Positions 39,424 to 59,982 are shown, numbered from the stretch's first letter. The stretch: DNA of 64,000 nucleotides from the human T2T-CHM13v2.0 reference genome, Homo sapiens (GCA_009914755.4 CP068257.2:28928001-28992000), one strand, 5' to 3'. Made by a program: numbers and translations. Notes: generated by a model from the sequence alone, not told the origin.

Positions 39424-39695
39424 CCCAGGCTTTGGGAGGCCGAGGCGGGCGGATCTTGAGGTCAGGAGATCAAGACCATCCTGGCCAACATGGTGAAACC
39501 CCATCTCTACTAAAAATACAAAAATTAGCTGGGCGTGGTGGCACGCACCAGCTATTCATAAGGCTGAGGCAGAGAATCCAGGAGAATCACTTGAAACCAG
39601 GAGGTGGAGGTTGCAGTGAGATTGTGCCACTGCACTCCAGCCAGGCAACAGAGCTAGTCTCTGTCTCACAACAACAACAACAACAACAACAAAAA
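39424..39695 (+). mobile_element. Alu, sense, slightly 5'-truncated, with (CAA)n tail
   Basis: ccaggctttgggaggccgaggcgggcggatcttgaggtcaggagatcaagaccatcctggccaacatggtgaaacccc ... cactccagccaggcaacagagctagtctctgtctcacaacaacaacaacaacaac. Confidence 0.9.
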
Positions 39696-40060
39696 GTGGA
39701 AGCCATGTGGGTTACTCTTGGTTGCTGGTAATGTAGTTTAAATTTGACATCTGAAATAAATGAGTCATCAAAATAGGAGATGGATCTCTTATTAAAGGTA
39801 CATTATTTCATTATATTCAACATTCCTGAGAAACAGCAAAGTTGTCTTGGATGTATTGGTTACAAGGAATATTTTAGATGGTTTCAATGCTAATTAGTGT
39901 GGAATGTGAATCTAACAGTGCCTGTGATTTGTCCCACATACCATTCATGTGGCATTTAAGGCCCTTATTATAAGCTTAAAACTTTAAACTTAAAACTCTA
40001 TAAACTTAAAACTCTAGAATCTGATCCTGCTATACAACTGAGCCTACCTTTCTTGAAACC

Positions 40061-40207
40061 ATGAGCTTTGATAACAACTACCATGGTGGCCAGGGCTATG
40101 CCAAAGGAGGCCTGGGCTGCAGCTATGGCTGTGGTCATAGCGGCTATGGCTATGCCTGCTACTGCCCATGGTGTTATGAAAGATCTTGGTTTTCTGGCTG
40201 CTTCTGA
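40061..40207 (+). CDS. KRTAP22-1: High-glycine-tyrosine keratin-associated protein 22-1 (48 aa, single exon)
   Basis: The manual translation from 'atgagctttgataacaactaccatggtggc...' is MSFDNNYHGGQGYAKGGLGCSYGCGHSGYGYACYCPWCYERSWFSGCF*. This matches my recollection of human KRTAP22-1. It is absent from the track because it is under 60 aa. Track ORF 40068..40304 is the +1 frame of the same DNA. Possible TATA-like elements are 'ttattataag' at 39965-39974 and 'tataaac' at 39999-40005. Confidence 0.85.
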   Translation: MSFDNNYHGGQGYAKGGLGCSYGCGHSGYGYACYCPWCYERSWFSGCF

Positions 40208-42412
40208 GAAATTAGAGATTGCTGATCTGTTTAGGCCATTCTCTTATGAGCTATGTTTTCTTCCCGTGTTTTTTTCTGTTCAAAGAGTGACAACTAAAAT
40301 TTAGCTCACATTGCCAAGTCAGAATTTATTTGATCAATTAGCTGGAATTTCCAACAATTTAATCAAACGAAAAAAGAACCTTTGATGTTGTGTTACTAGT
40401 ATATGATTAAGTACAAATAATGTTAAGCATTTTCATTTGGGAAAAAGTCTAAATTTATTTTTCTTCAAAGGTAATTTATTTTGCAAACCTACAGCATTTT
40501 CCTACCTATATTTATTTATCTAGAGTACCTATATTATTTGTGATTGTGTGTGTGTGTTCAGGAGCACATATGTAAGGTTGCTGACCCATTGGAAACTTAC
40601 AGTTGATGATGTGGATGTGTTAGGTCTGACCAATAGTACTTTGATAAAATGTATTCTCATGGGCAGAGCCAAGTGGTACTATAATTTACTTTGATCTATC
40701 AAAGCCTCATCTTCAGTGTATCCAATGTTTGACTAAAATCATTGGCAAAAATAGTACCTCCCTTCTCATCACTTTATTCTGTTGCACATACATTACATTT
40801 CTTGATACTTAGTTGCATTTTTGGCTCTAGATAGCTGTAACTTTTTCTCTAAATCCTATATTATGGCTGTTTCTTTTAACTCTGAAAAAATATACTCTTG
40901 AACTCATCCTATGCCTGGTGGCTGCATAGACAGCACTTCCAAGTGTCAGTCCCATGTGGCCACAGAGAGTCCATCAAATTTAAGTATGTTTCTGTGAACC
41001 TTTTATCAAGGTCAATATCTGCTACCTCAGGTAATACTTTCTTCTTGAAGACACAAGTCTGACCCAAAATACAAGCTGAAAAATATAGACTTCAGTTTGC
41101 CAGCCGTGCTCAAGTTAAGCAAAGCTGTTCTTTATTCACTCTACTTATTATTTATCAGTCGACATTGATAAAAATATAAAGCAAAAATATCTTCTAATCT
41201 GTTAGTGACTAATGTTAACATTTGGAGTTTCTACAACTAATAAAATATTCATACAAAATTACTTTGTTAATGGCTATTATAGTATGAAGTTGGCTAAACT
41301 CTTAACTAGCTTCCAAATACATGATTTTTTAAAACATCTAGATGAAACAATAATAAAGAATTTTTTAAAATTCTTCATCAATTAAAGACAGACAACATAT
41401 AGAGCCGTATCACTCTGACATCTCCAAGTATTGACAGGCAGTGAAACTGAAGGGAGACTGAAGAAAGCATCTTTGTCACAGCCTTGGCTTTTGTCCTGCC
41501 ATAGTGGGCAGGAATCTTAGGAGTCAGATTCCCAGAATGTCCTATTTTAGCATGGTCAAAAAAGCCAGAGTAAGAACTCTGTAAAACCTGACTTTGGACT
41601 CAATAACCCATCATACTCAGAAAACTGCTCATCAAATATCAGGCCCTCATCAGACTTAGTATATACTTTAGAAAAATTAAAATATTTGGTAATTATCCTA
41701 AGGCCACACAGCAAATAAAGACACATTTATTCAAGAAAATCTACTAAATATAGGGTTAGTGAGAGACTTCATTCACTTGTTCACAATCAGCTCTTTTCGT
41801 ACTTCCTCCTCCAGCTCACCATGACAGACCCACCGCTCTGGGTAGTGAGACCAATTTATAGTGCTTCTTCTATCCCCATCTGAAGGGCTACAGTATCTCT
41901 CCTCTGTGTGCAGGTGATTAGCATATCTCATGTCCAGTTCTGTGTGGCAGTGGCTAAAGTCCAAGTGAATCTGACCAAGAGGTATGTGTCTCCATTCCTC
42001 TACCTTTTTCCCACTTGTAGTGCCAGGGATCTACCAAAGGCATGACAGGCCAGTTATCTTAAGCTTCTATCACTCTCTCCACCACCCTGATCATTCATAA
42101 GAGAGATTTTTCGTGACAGATATTGCAAGCTTAAAAAACTAGAAGCTACTGCCCAAACCCAGAGAGTGCTAGTAATGATGTTATGTCTCTATGAGAAAAT
42201 AAGCAAGTAGTTGTTCCTATTCCCAGTTCTGGAGTAGTTGCTTCAATATTTTGCACAGACAAAAGGCAAGCCATAAGAACATAGAGATCTGAATCTTTTC
42301 TCAAGTGAACTAGTTGATTTAGAAGAGTGTGTAGAAGATTTAACTTAAGTTTAGACTTTGAAACAATGGCGATTTTGGTGATAAGTAATTAAGAGAAAAC
42401 TGGTTTCACCAT

Positions 42413-42775
42413 GTGATATGGTTTGGCTGTGTTCCCACCCAAATATTACCTTGAATTGTAGCTCTCATAATTTCCATGTGTTTTGGGAGGGACCCATAGG
42501 GAGATAATTGAATCATGCGGGTGTTTTCCCCTATACTGTTCTCGTGGTAGTGAATAAGTCTCACAGGATCTGATGATTTTATAAGAGGTTTTCCTTTTCA
42601 CTTAGCTTTCATTCTCTCTTGCCTGCTGCCATGTAAGACGTGCCTTTTGCCTCCTGCCATGATTGTGAGGTCTCCCCAGCCATGTGAAACTGTGAGTTCA
42701 TTAAACCTCTTTTTCTTTATAAATTACCCAGTCTCGGGTATGTCTTTATCAGCAGTGTGAGAACGGACTAATATA
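42413..42775 (+). mobile_element. THE1/MST-type MaLR LTR
   Basis: 'tgatatggtttggctgtgttcccacccaaatattaccttgaattgtagctctcataatttccatgtgttttgggagggacccatagggagataattgaatcatg ... gttcattaaacctctttttctttataaattacccagtctcgggtatgtctttatcagcagtgtgagaacggactaatata'. Confidence 0.85.
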
Positions 42776-43799
42776 CCCTGAAAGCAACCAACTAAACCAT
42801 AGGCCAGCAAGTGTATCAGAGAGAACCAGAAAAGATAGCCAGGAGAAGCCCTTCTGGGTTCAGAGCAGATTTCAGACTGGCCTCAAAAACTTTGACAAAG
42901 AATTCAAATTTATTCATTTTTTCCAGCTTTATTGAGGTGTCATTGACAAATAAAAATGTATGTATTTAATATATACAATGTGATTTTATACACACACACA
43001 TATATATTAAAATAATTACCACAAACAACCTAATTAATATATCCATAACCTTACATGATTACCTTTTCCACCCCTGTGGTGAGTACCCTTAATATATACT
43101 CTGTTAGTAAACTGATAAGACACAGAGTAGTATGGTAGTTGCCAGGAATGGAAGTTGGGGGAATGGAAAATGTTATTCAAAGAGTATGAACCTTCAGTTA
43201 TAAGATGAATAAGTTCAAAATATCTAATATACAGCATAGCTACTATAAACAATAACTGTATTTTATACTAAAATTGTGTTATGAGTCTAAATTTAATTGA
43301 ATCAGATTGTGAAGCAATTTACATCCAAGAGCATTGTCAAAAATAATGACACAATCCCCTAAAAATTATTGTGCCTAACAGCTGAGTGTAATACCAACAA
43401 AGTCCAACTGCTTATCAGAGAGTGGAAGGAAAGAGAAAATCTAAGAGGGTTCAGACAAAACCTCAGAAATACAGTACACATGCTGTAGCTGTGCCTTTTA
43501 AGGAATAACATCAAAAGTTTCATGCTGAACTCAATAACATAGCCCAGCCTAGTCTCTAAGCAAATAAGGAAACAATAAGCTCTGGAGCAGGGGGGAGAGA
43601 ATATCTACAGTTTATAGAATATAAAATCTAAAATGTGCAGTTGAGAGAGAAAGAGAGAGAAGATGCAAGAAACAGGAAGATGTGACCCATATGCCAGTGA
43701 AAAATCAAGCAACAGAAACTGTCTCTGAGAGCATCCGGATGTTAGACATACCAGACAAATATTTTAGCCATTTATATATGTTCAAAGTACAAAAGGAAA

Positions 43800-50729
<6,930 letters not shown>

Positions 50730-52342
50730 AAAGTTTTTTAAAAAAGGACTTTAAGGGACAGTTTTTAAATAAAGAAGAAAAATAAAAATTAACAACAGAA
50801 AAGCCCAAACCCAGATGATTTCTCAGGAGACTTCTACCAAATATTTAAAGACAAAGCAATCCCAATATTGTACAAATTGTCAAAGAGCACTTAAAATGAA
50901 GGACAACTTCCTAATTCCTATTATGAAGGGTGTATAGTCATCCCCACTTATCCCAAAGGATAAGTTCCAAGATGCCCAGTGAATACTTGAAACCAAGATA
51001 GTAACAAAGCCTATATGTAGTATGTTTTTTCTGTATACATACATACCTGTGATAAAGTTTAATTTACAAAATAGTCACAGTAAGAGATTAACAACAATAT
51101 CTAATAATAGAAGGAACGTATAACAATTACTGTAAAAACAAGTTATGTAAATACAGTCTTTCTCTTTCCCCACCCATCTCTCTCTCTCTCTCTGAAAATA
51201 GTTTAATATTTTCTCACAGTGGCTGATCTTGGGTAACTGAAACTACAGAAACTGAAATTATGGTTAAGGGAAAACTACTGTATGCACTGAATTTGCAGTG
51301 AGAAGAATCAACATGCCCAGTGATTGCTGCCTCCACATGTCCGTACTCTTGTGTAAGCCCCTCTCTGTGAGTGAGGGTGAGACCTGTTGCTTTTAGCCAA
51401 TAGAATATGGTGTATGTTTATGATTATGTGTGCTTATGTGATTATGTTACATAAGACTGTAGTACCCATCTTGCTGGAGTCTCTTGCCCTCCCTTGCTGG
51501 TTTTGAAAAACAAGCAATTATGTTTCAAAACCCCTTTGACAAGGAACTGTGAGCATCCTTTTGGAGGTGAGGGTTGCCTCCAAAAGATAGCTAGCAAGGC
51601 ACTGCAACAAATGGCCAACAAGAAAATGAAAATGAGCCCTTTAGTCCTACAACTGCAAGGAACTGAATTCTGCTAACAAAGGCATGACCTTGGAAATGGA
51701 TCCTTCCCCAGATAAGCCCTGGGTACAATCAGCCCCATTTAAGATCTTGAATTGCAGCCTTGTGAGACTTTGAAGCTTCTCGGTTTATACCTGAAATAGT
51801 GTTTTTATTTAATTATTATGGCCCACTATGCAGGTCAAATAGCTTTATAACCTATTACTAGCTTAGAGTATACTAGATTATAAAACTATTCCTTTGGTTA
51901 TGTCTCATTAAAAAATAGTTTCTTTAAAATGGAAGATTCAAAATGAAGGATATAGTAACAAGCATTCATTTATTTTAGGAGATATGCACAAGAAGGCTTC
52001 GGAAAATTAAATTTTTTCTTTGTTATGTGACAGACAGCAGGCAATGCATAACCCAACATATAAATGATAGGTACTTAATTTAGTATTGAGAATTACTCAG
52101 CACAACATAAATTCTTCCCCTACAAGCAAAGGAGGAAACTGAAATTTATTAAAAAGCTTACTTTTCTAAAACAATTGAGCTTTGAATTGGCAAAGAAACC
52201 TCTCTAGAAATTGTAAGAAAAATATCTCCCAAAGAATTTAATTGTTAGCTTTCATGCAAACTGAAACAAAAACTATTGGTAAGAAATTTTAAATATTAAA
52301 TGATTGACATAAACACCAGGTTTCTCTTCTGGATTAAATGTG

Positions 52343-52348
52343 TTTATT
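52343..52348 (-). promoter_or_regulatory. KRTAP6-1: Polyadenylation signal (AATAAA on minus strand) of KRTAP6-1
   Basis: The + strand 'gtgtttattagg' is the reverse complement of 'cctaataaacac', the same context as the KRTAP6-3 polyA signal. It lies about 280 nt downstream of the stop. Confidence 0.55.
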
Positions 52349-52628
52349 AGGTGAACAGAGAAAAAAGCTCCATCATAAAAGTCATCAAGGCAGATGATGT
52401 GACACCATCATTCTGATGAAAGGAGAACTGACAGGTGAATTTTACCTTATCCCGTTTCATGATGGAAATTCAAGATATTTGTAGGTTAGATGGTAGCTCA
52501 ACAACAGACCATATTAGACTTCCATTGCAGGATATCATCACTCAAGGGAAAATCTCAGAACATGTGGGCTTCAGAATTAGTGAATCTCAGTATCACAGGA
52601 TAGAGGGTGAGAGTCTCCCATGGCATCC

Positions 52629-52844
52629 TCAATAATAGTAGCCAGAGCCAGAGCCGCATCCATAGCCATAGCCACAGAGGGAGCGGGAGCCATAGCCATA
52701 GCCACAGCCCAGTCTGCGGAAGCCACAGCCACAGCAGGAGCCATAGCCACAGCCCAGGCCTCCATAGCCATAGCCCAGGCCTCCATAGCCACAGAACCCA
52801 TAGCCAGGGGTGCCATAGTAGTTTCCGTAGTAGCTGCCACACAT
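52629..52844 (-). CDS. KRTAP6-1: High-glycine-tyrosine keratin-associated protein 6-1 (71 aa, single exon)
   Basis: The track ORF translates exactly to [71 protein letters not shown]. Its leader 'caaccaacaccATGtgtggcagctactac' and TATA module are paralogous to KRTAP6-2 and KRTAP6-3. Overlapping ORFs in other frames are low-complexity artefacts. Confidence 0.9.
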   Translation of the reverse strand: MCGSYYGNYYGTPGYGFCGYGGLGYGYGGLGCGYGSCCGCGFRRLGCGYGYGSRSLCGYGYGCGSGSGYYY

Positions 52845-52922
52845 GGTGTTGGTTGTGGAGGTTGTCCTTGGGTAGGAGGAAGTGTAGGTGACTTCAGTAT
52901 GAACACTTCCCCTGCAGAGGGC

Positions 52923-52930
52923 CTTTTATA
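52923..52930 (-). promoter_or_regulatory. KRTAP6-1: TATA box (TATAAAAG on minus strand) of KRTAP6-1
   Basis: The + strand reads 'gccttttatatgcctcagtg', which is the reverse complement of 'cactgaggcatataaaaggc'. It lies about 80 bp upstream of the ATG. Confidence 0.7.
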
Positions 52931-55315
52931 TGCCTCAGTGTGGGTGGGAACCATACACAAGTCATGCCATTGGCTAATTTGAAGGACCAGCATGAGTAAT
53001 TTGTTGACTCTTGGTTTTCAATCGTGGCCTTGTGGCATTTAGAACATTTTCTATTGTTCAGCCACATCTGAAACATTTGTGCATCTTTAATGAGCATCAA
53101 CTGTCTGATCTTTAAAACTCTACTCACACCAGACATTCAAATTACCATTTTCCAACCAGCCTTTATGGCAAGAAATAGCATTTTAGTAAACAAACTGACC
53201 TGTTCTAAACAACCAATAATTTTACCTTATTTTTGCTGACATTCAACAGGTCATGGTAATCTCCCTTGAGCTTGAGTTTCTCCATCTCTTTCCTGCTGCT
53301 CCAAACCCATTGTTTTCCTTTAGGAATTCTTCTCATTTTCACATGAGAGATGGTTTTCTTTTAAAAGCCAGAAAGTGTCACTCAGCTTCCAGAGACTGTT
53401 GACACAAAGCCAATAGTTTGAAATTCTAAAATACCAGGCATGAGAAAACTATACTTTTCTTTCTCACATCAATATTTCCTTTTGTGACTGTTTTAAAACA
53501 ATAGTTCTTTCCCATAGTTTCAAATTCGTAATCAATGAGGTTTCATTTTATTTATAAAATTGTATTTTTATAAAAATTTTCCTGAAATTTCAAGGCATTT
53601 GTTATATTTGTGTTCTGGCTCAAAAGTAAGTATAGGTATTTTCATATTTAAAACAATAATACTGGCAGAAGTATCTTTTCATGCAACCTACTATATTTCC
53701 ACCATCAAACAAGAAGTCTTTGGCAAAATATGAGACTATGAGGAACATGTTACTATAGCCTAATCTTTTTTCAAAGCAGTGAAGATCAGAGCTAAATTGA
53801 ATGATTAAGTCAAGTAGCCCTCTGGACTTATATTCTTAGTAAGATGACTTTATAAGAGTGAGTTGAATATAGTAAATAAGAGTAAAATATCTGTAATGTG
53901 CTTTCTAGGCTCAAATTTTACCTCTACTATCCATAGCTGTCTGACCACTGTTAACTACATGCTTCAGCTGCCCTATCTGCAAATGGGATTGTAATAATGA
54001 TACCTACCCCACAAGGAAATTTAGAAAATCAAATCTTTTGATACATACCAGACACTTTGAATAGTGTTTGGTTCATAGTAGGAACCAGAATACTAGAATA
54101 AATTTTGCTGTCTTTACTTATTTCATCCCATCCCTGTTTTTCTGGATAGAAGCTTCAGTAGAGAGTTGATCAATTGAATAAGAGAACTCAGGCATGCTTA
54201 AGTTCTCATTTAGGGGCATTATGTCCTTGAAGCTGAAGGGAAGAGAAACTCTGCATTGAGGATGTACATCTAACAACAGAGAAAGTCACATCCTGGTTTT
54301 ACTGAGAAGGGGAAAGTCCTACCAAGTTCCCCAACACACATAGCACAAGCAGGGGGAGATACAATGATTGGTTCTCACCCAGGTGGATCTGAGTGGAGAC
54401 TCATTGATTTCCTTACTACAACCAAAGACTGTTCTGGCTGTAGAGACCCAAGGATGTAACACTTCATGCTAGGTAATGGATTGAACAGAGTTTTATTTTT
54501 GTGGCAGTGGAAAATGGCAATATGTGTTATGCCATCCAAAGGTGTCAGTGCAGAACAGGTATGGTCCTCCTCAAAACCAACAGCATATCACTGCACATCG
54601 AAGCACACCTCAGGCAGAGAATGAGGAGTGGTAATGTCTTTATTGTAATTGTATTTTAATACTGACAACCAGAAAGTGATTGAATTTTGTTGAGTTTACC
54701 TGAAAGGGACAAGAATAAATGTTTTGCCATTTAGTGGAAATAATGAATCAAGATAGAATTTGGTATAACAGTAAAATAAAGTGCATTTGTACGTTTGTAA
54801 AGTTGTATCCTGTAAAAATGTTACCTGACTTATGTATTTAAAGTGAAATAAACTGTTCTATCTCTGAAGAAATATTGGGCAATATTACAGATCTCATACT
54901 CGAAAGACTTGCCCCTTAGGCACATCTGTCTCCCCAAAGCCATGCAGACAGACTTCTTCAACTGCAACTGGTAGATGAATGTAAAGGAATTAACAAGCCA
55001 AAACCAATTTGAATCAGATGAGATTTGCATAGTTTCTGTTATTTCATAGAATCTCATCATGAAATTTTAGTATGTGCTCTCAGGAAAAAAGGATGTTAAA
55101 ACCAGGTTAAAAAAAATCTGTCATTCAAATCACATTCTTTGATTGTGAAAATCTTGACACAACACTAGAGGAATCCTAGCTATGAAGGCTTCACTATGCC
55201 TAATGAAATAAGAGATTTATGAGAGTGTTGCCTTGGCGGTGTTAGCGGTCAACCCAAAATAATTCATAATAAGAGCAACATTGCCTGTGATTTGCCACAC
55301 CTACTACTGAGGAAG

Positions 55316-55323
55316 TATAAAAG
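55316..55323 (+). promoter_or_regulatory. KRTAP20-1: TATA box (TATAAAAG) of KRTAP20-1
   Basis: 'gaggaagtataaaagacctgtgaag' lies 79 bp upstream of the ATG. Confidence 0.65.
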
Positions 55324-55394
55324 ACCTGTGAAGATGGAGATGTTCAAATTCAAGAACATCCTCTTCTACACCTGAACCATCCATTTCTGACACC

Positions 55395-55565
55395 ATGATT
55401 TACTACAGCAACTATTATGGTGGCTATGGGTATGGTGGGCTTGGCTGTGGCTATGGCTGTGGTTATCGTGGCTATGGATGTGGTTATGGTGGCTATGGAG
55501 GCTATGGAAATGGCTACTACTGCCCATCTTGCTATGGAAGATATTGGTCATATGGTTTCTACTGA
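55395..55565 (+). CDS. KRTAP20-1: High-glycine-tyrosine keratin-associated protein 20-1 (56 aa, single exon)
   Basis: Manual translation gives [56 protein letters not shown]. It is not in the track because it is under 60 aa. Track ORFs 55478..55726 (+) and 55366..55569 (-) are out-of-frame or antisense reads of the same repeat-rich DNA. The leader is 'ccatttctgacaccATG'. Confidence 0.85.
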   Translation: MIYYSNYYGGYGYGGLGCGYGCGYRGYGCGYGGYGGYGNGYYCPSCYGRYWSYGFY

Positions 55566-55773
55566 ACAATTCTAGAGCTCACCAGATTTGTCTGCTTGTG
55601 AAACCTGGATTCTCATGCTGCTCTTGTTCATCTGATCCTGTGTCTTCAAAACAGCAGAAACCTAAACTAGGCTATTATCAAAGAACTACAGATGCTGTCT
55701 TTCTCTGGTTCTGTTGTGCAAGATGATAAAGAATAGGTTTTAAAATGCAATTCTTTGATTCTTAAGTCCTTTA

Positions 55774-55779
55774 AATAAA
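55774..55779 (+). promoter_or_regulatory. KRTAP20-1: Candidate polyadenylation signal AATAAA of KRTAP20-1
   Basis: 'cctttaaataaatttagtctg' lies about 210 nt after the stop. Confidence 0.45.
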
Positions 55780-58700
55780 TTTAGTCTGTTTGCAAATATA
55801 GTGTGTTTTCATGTTTATTATTTTCATTGTCAACTTTGCATGTGGATGATGGTAAGATGGAAACCTGTGGATAATTACTATCCCAAGGGGTTGACACTAC
55901 ATCTTATTTCATTTTCCTATTTTTTGTCCTTCTGTATATTTCTCACACTATTTAAAACTGAGCTTCTGTAGGGACACAGTTGATTGCTTTCTCTTCAAAT
56001 AATTTCTACTTGTAGCTTGACAAGCTACACACCTAAGGCTGGTGGCTGCATGCTGCTGACTGTCCTTGTTTCTCCAGAGCACATAGAAACACATACACAT
56101 TTTAAGTTGTGGCTTCCATGAGTTTTCCAAGTTGTCTGCCTTCTGGTAGCTTCATCACTATGAAGCCTCTCAGTTGCCTGATGTTGTTGATATAGATCCT
56201 GTATACAGGAAGTGCTGTGCCATGTCTGGGAACCTGGATGTCTTTATAGGAAATCTCTTTATGATAGGCGATTTTGATAATGAAGTTCATTTCATATTTC
56301 ATTGCATTCATGCAACAGCTCCTAAAGTATTCTAGGCATGCTGCTATATTGGGAGAGAGCATCTTTTCATGAATATTCAAGATTATTTCTGTTGTAATAT
56401 TACTAAATTTTATCTAGTTGTATACTTTATAAAACTGGTATTTGTGTACTATTAGAATATTCTAATTGGGTTTTACATTTTTTCCAAACGGAAGAGTTTT
56501 AGTGAATTTTTACCACATGGTATGAAAATCAAACTTCTCAATTAATCTGTAAAAATAAACTATTGACATTAAGGAAACTATATTAGGGAAATTTAAAAAA
56601 CAAGTTATACAACTAGATAATGGGATTAAAAGTTTGTATCATGATTTAATGAATACAGCAAACAATATATCTTTTCCAGTAATTAGAATAAAATGAATCT
56701 AGAAACAGAACTCCAAATCTATGCATTGCCAGTTCTTAAAATTTTCTAAAATATCAAAACATACCTAAAATAATATATTTACTATTATACATATTGTATA
56801 TGTGTTATTGCTAATGATTATTAGCAATAACACATGTATAAAATTTATAAATAAATGGTTGAATTGAAATTGGGAATGCAGGTTCAAAATATTTACAGTA
56901 TGGTTTTCTCATCTCACAAGTTTGAAGATCTCTGCTCTCGACCAAATTTTCTCAAGGTGTGGTCTAGGGACGCATGTGGGAACCAAAGACCCTTTTGAGG
57001 TCTCGATAAGGGCAAAATTATTTTCATAATACATTTTTCATTTTTACTGCCATACATTCATGAATGAACGGTGGAATTTTCCAGATATATGCATGTTATC
57101 ACAACAGACTAAAAGCTAAATCAGATATGAGAAACTGTCTTCCATTAAGCGAGACATTAAAGAGATTGACCAAACATGTAAAACATTCCACTATTCCTAA
57201 GAAGTTTTTGCTCTAAAAAAATTATGTTTCTAAAAATATGAAATTATGACTGTTATTTTGAAATTGATTAACTCATATTTTAAAATCATCAATTTTAATT
57301 TTAAAAAGATGAATATCAGTAAATATAACACATAAAGAATGGCTTTTCAAGATCCTCAGTAAGTTCTTTTATGATCGAAGAGTTTTAAAATCATTACTCC
57401 AAACAAACTAATCCTATCCACCATTATTTCTTGGTGGTACGTTACTTGAGACAGAAGCATGCCTGAAATATTTTGGTTTAAATCCTCAAATATGGGAGTT
57501 ATTTAATTAGGAAATAACACTATGCTCTTTGACTCTCTGTGTGTTGGTTTTAAAAAGTATGGTTCAAATAATAGATACATATTCCAACAAGAATTTTAAA
57601 AGAAAAGTGACAAAGTCTTCAATATCTCAAATATAAGAACTCAAGTGACTAACCCTACTTAAAATTCACTTTCTAGGGGCAATTAATCTGTATAGCATAA
57701 ACGAGATTCTTTTAAAAGAGAATAATATAGCCCATGGCTTTTCTTTTCTTATATTTGCTGCCATCGTTCCCAGGGATATATTTAATTTTTAAGTGGAAAC
57801 ACTGTCTAAAATTTGGTTCCTAGCAGAATTTTCTCATTCCTTTTTCTATATTGTTGTATTAGATAGGAGTAGAATTTATTGCAAGTGATAGAAATAGTGT
57901 ACATTTTAAGAATGTATTTCTCTTTCACATAATCAAAGTCTGGATTTAAGTCATCTCTAGCTGGTTTCTAGTCCTCAGTGACCCAGACTCATTCTAAATC
58001 ATTGCTTCATCATTCATAAGATGTAACCTTCATCTTCATAGTCAAAGATGGTGGCATTTGTGTCCTAGGGAAGAGGACCAAGAAATATACAAAGAAGATG
58101 ATAGACTCCATGCAACTTGAATCTTAAGGAAGGATCCAGAAAGCCGTCATATTATACCTTAAATTTTATGCATTGTTCAGAACTTCATCACATGACTAGA
58201 GTGGGTTTCAAAGAAGCTTGGGAAATTTAGAGGATTTTTTTCCTAAGTTGATCATGCCCAGCATAAAAAAAGAACTATTATATTCAAAGAAGGGGAGAAT
58301 AGTGAAAACAAAGCAACTATTCATCTTTATTACCACTAGAGTCCATCAAGTTTGGCAAACAATATTGGTAACCAGCATAGTACTATAATGAACATCTCAG
58401 GTCAGTTATATCAAAACATCATAATAAAATTCTTTTTAATATATAAGCACCTTTTAAAATGTACATATATATTTATGTATGTCCACTTGCTTGTTACTGC
58501 AGATTAGTATGTGATCTTGTTTAGGCAATAAGAGATCCACTGTATGTTTTATTTTTTTTAAATAACAACATCTATTGGTTTTAAGTTTGTCAGAAAAAGC
58601 ACCAAATTATTAAATGTAAATATTTAAGCTAAAAGTTGGAACAGGAAGTCCTCTAGGTCAAGCTTAGCACTTAGATGTGTGTTTACTTAGATGTATGTAC

Positions 58701-59512
58701 TAAGTACTTATCTTAGTCCTCAGATGTGTGTCCTTACTTGTTTACAACAAATACTCCTTATTCCCCCAGGTGACTGCTATATGGATCCACTACCCTATTT
58801 CATATATTTATTTTCCACTGTCTCAAAAACGCTTTCCTGGAGAAGTCCAAAGAGAACATCAAAACAAATGTGAAAATACGGGAACCCGAGAGGTGAGATG
58901 TGGGAGATCTCACACCAATACTTCGATTTCTAAATAAATGTTTACAGTGATCTGACATAGAAGCAAAATCATGCTAACAAATAAATAAGACTCTCAAGAT
59001 AAAAAAAAACATATGTGACTTTATATTAGCATTTTATTGTAAATGTGGTCAGTTCACTGTTAATAATCAATATAAAATATTATTTGGGATGAAAAGTTAT
59101 TTACCCCAAGGAAAGAAATTGTGTAATTTACAAGATATTTTACTTCAGATAACTTTCCACTTGTATCACTTCCTCACTCAAATAAATATACTTCCAGTTT
59201 CTGTTTGCATATTTGACTCACCAGTAGAAATCATTAGAAGTAAAGAAAAAAATCTGGATCAGAGGGCTTGCATATTGTTAACATTTTAAGGAACCTGAGT
59301 CTAGACTTTAATAACAAACAAGAGTGAGAAGATCACCAAGACACAGGAAGCATCTTCTAATTAAGGGCATGTAACATTATTATTGAGTTTCAGACAAAAT
59401 GGTTACATTTTTATAAGGATATCTGTACTTACTGAAATAAATTTCGTCAAGTTTTATTATGCAGCTTTCTCTGAAATATGAAACCGAACGGCCTCATACA
59501 CTATTGAAGATG

Positions 59513-59520
59513 TATAAAAT
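59513..59520 (+). promoter_or_regulatory. KRTAP20-4: TATA box (TATAAAAT) of KRTAP20-4
   Basis: 'gaagatgtataaaatttcatttgc' lies 86 bp upstream of the ATG. Confidence 0.55.
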
Positions 59521-59598
59521 TTCATTTGCAGATGGTGACATTCAAACTGAGAAAAATAATTCCCTGATCCACAACTGAAACATCCACTTCTGAACACC

Positions 59599-59733
59599 AT
59601 GTCCTACTACAGCCATCTTTCTGGTGGCCTGGGCTGCGGCTTGGCTGTGGCTGTGACTATGGGAAGGACTGTGGCTGTGGCTGAGTATGGCAGGTGCAGA
59701 CATGGCTGCCACTCATCTTACTCTGCCAGGTAA
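59599..59733 (+). CDS. KRTAP20-4: Keratin-associated protein 20-4 (44 aa, single exon; atypical Ala/Val-rich HGT family member)
   Basis: Manual translation gives MSYYSHLSGGLGCGLAVAVTMGRTVAVAEYGRCRHGCHSSYSAR*. The leader 'cttctgaacaccATG' is the family leader. Its position after KRTAP20-1 matches the known cluster order. The protein composition diverges from canonical Gly-Tyr paralogs, so the name rests partly on map position and memory. Confidence 0.6.
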   Translation: MSYYSHLSGGLGCGLAVAVTMGRTVAVAEYGRCRHGCHSSYSAR

Positions 59734-59982
59734 TGACACCATGGATTCCACTGAGGAACACCTAGAGCAGTTCAGTCTACTGCACTCCTCCAGCTTGATT
59801 TCCTGATTCTGTTTCTATAATTTTTCACGTGAGTAATTATATTTGCTATACAAACTCTGATAGCTCATCCTGGTGAACTTGAAGAACACAAAGTTCAGAC
59901 CTGTCATGCTTCTGAATTCATGAAAAGAGCCAAAAATTTGTCAAAAATTATAGGTAAGTTTTATCTTTAATATTGTGCTACC

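Noticed and set aside
40068-40304. 78-aa ORF MITTTMVARAMPKEAWAAAMAV... at the KRTAP22-1 locus. Also 55478..55726 (+) 82 aa and 55366..55569 (-) 67 aa at KRTAP20-1.
   Set aside because: These are out-of-frame or antisense readings of the real short KRTAP CDSs. The in-frame proteins are 40061..40207 and 55395..55565.
52555-52993. Overlapping ORFs at the KRTAP6-1 locus: 52555..52842 (-) 95 aa, 52577..52993 (-) 138 aa, 52607..52891 (+) 94 aa, 52620..52982 (+) 120 aa.
   Set aside because: This is the same low-complexity artefact. The true gene is the 71-aa frame 52629..52844 (-).
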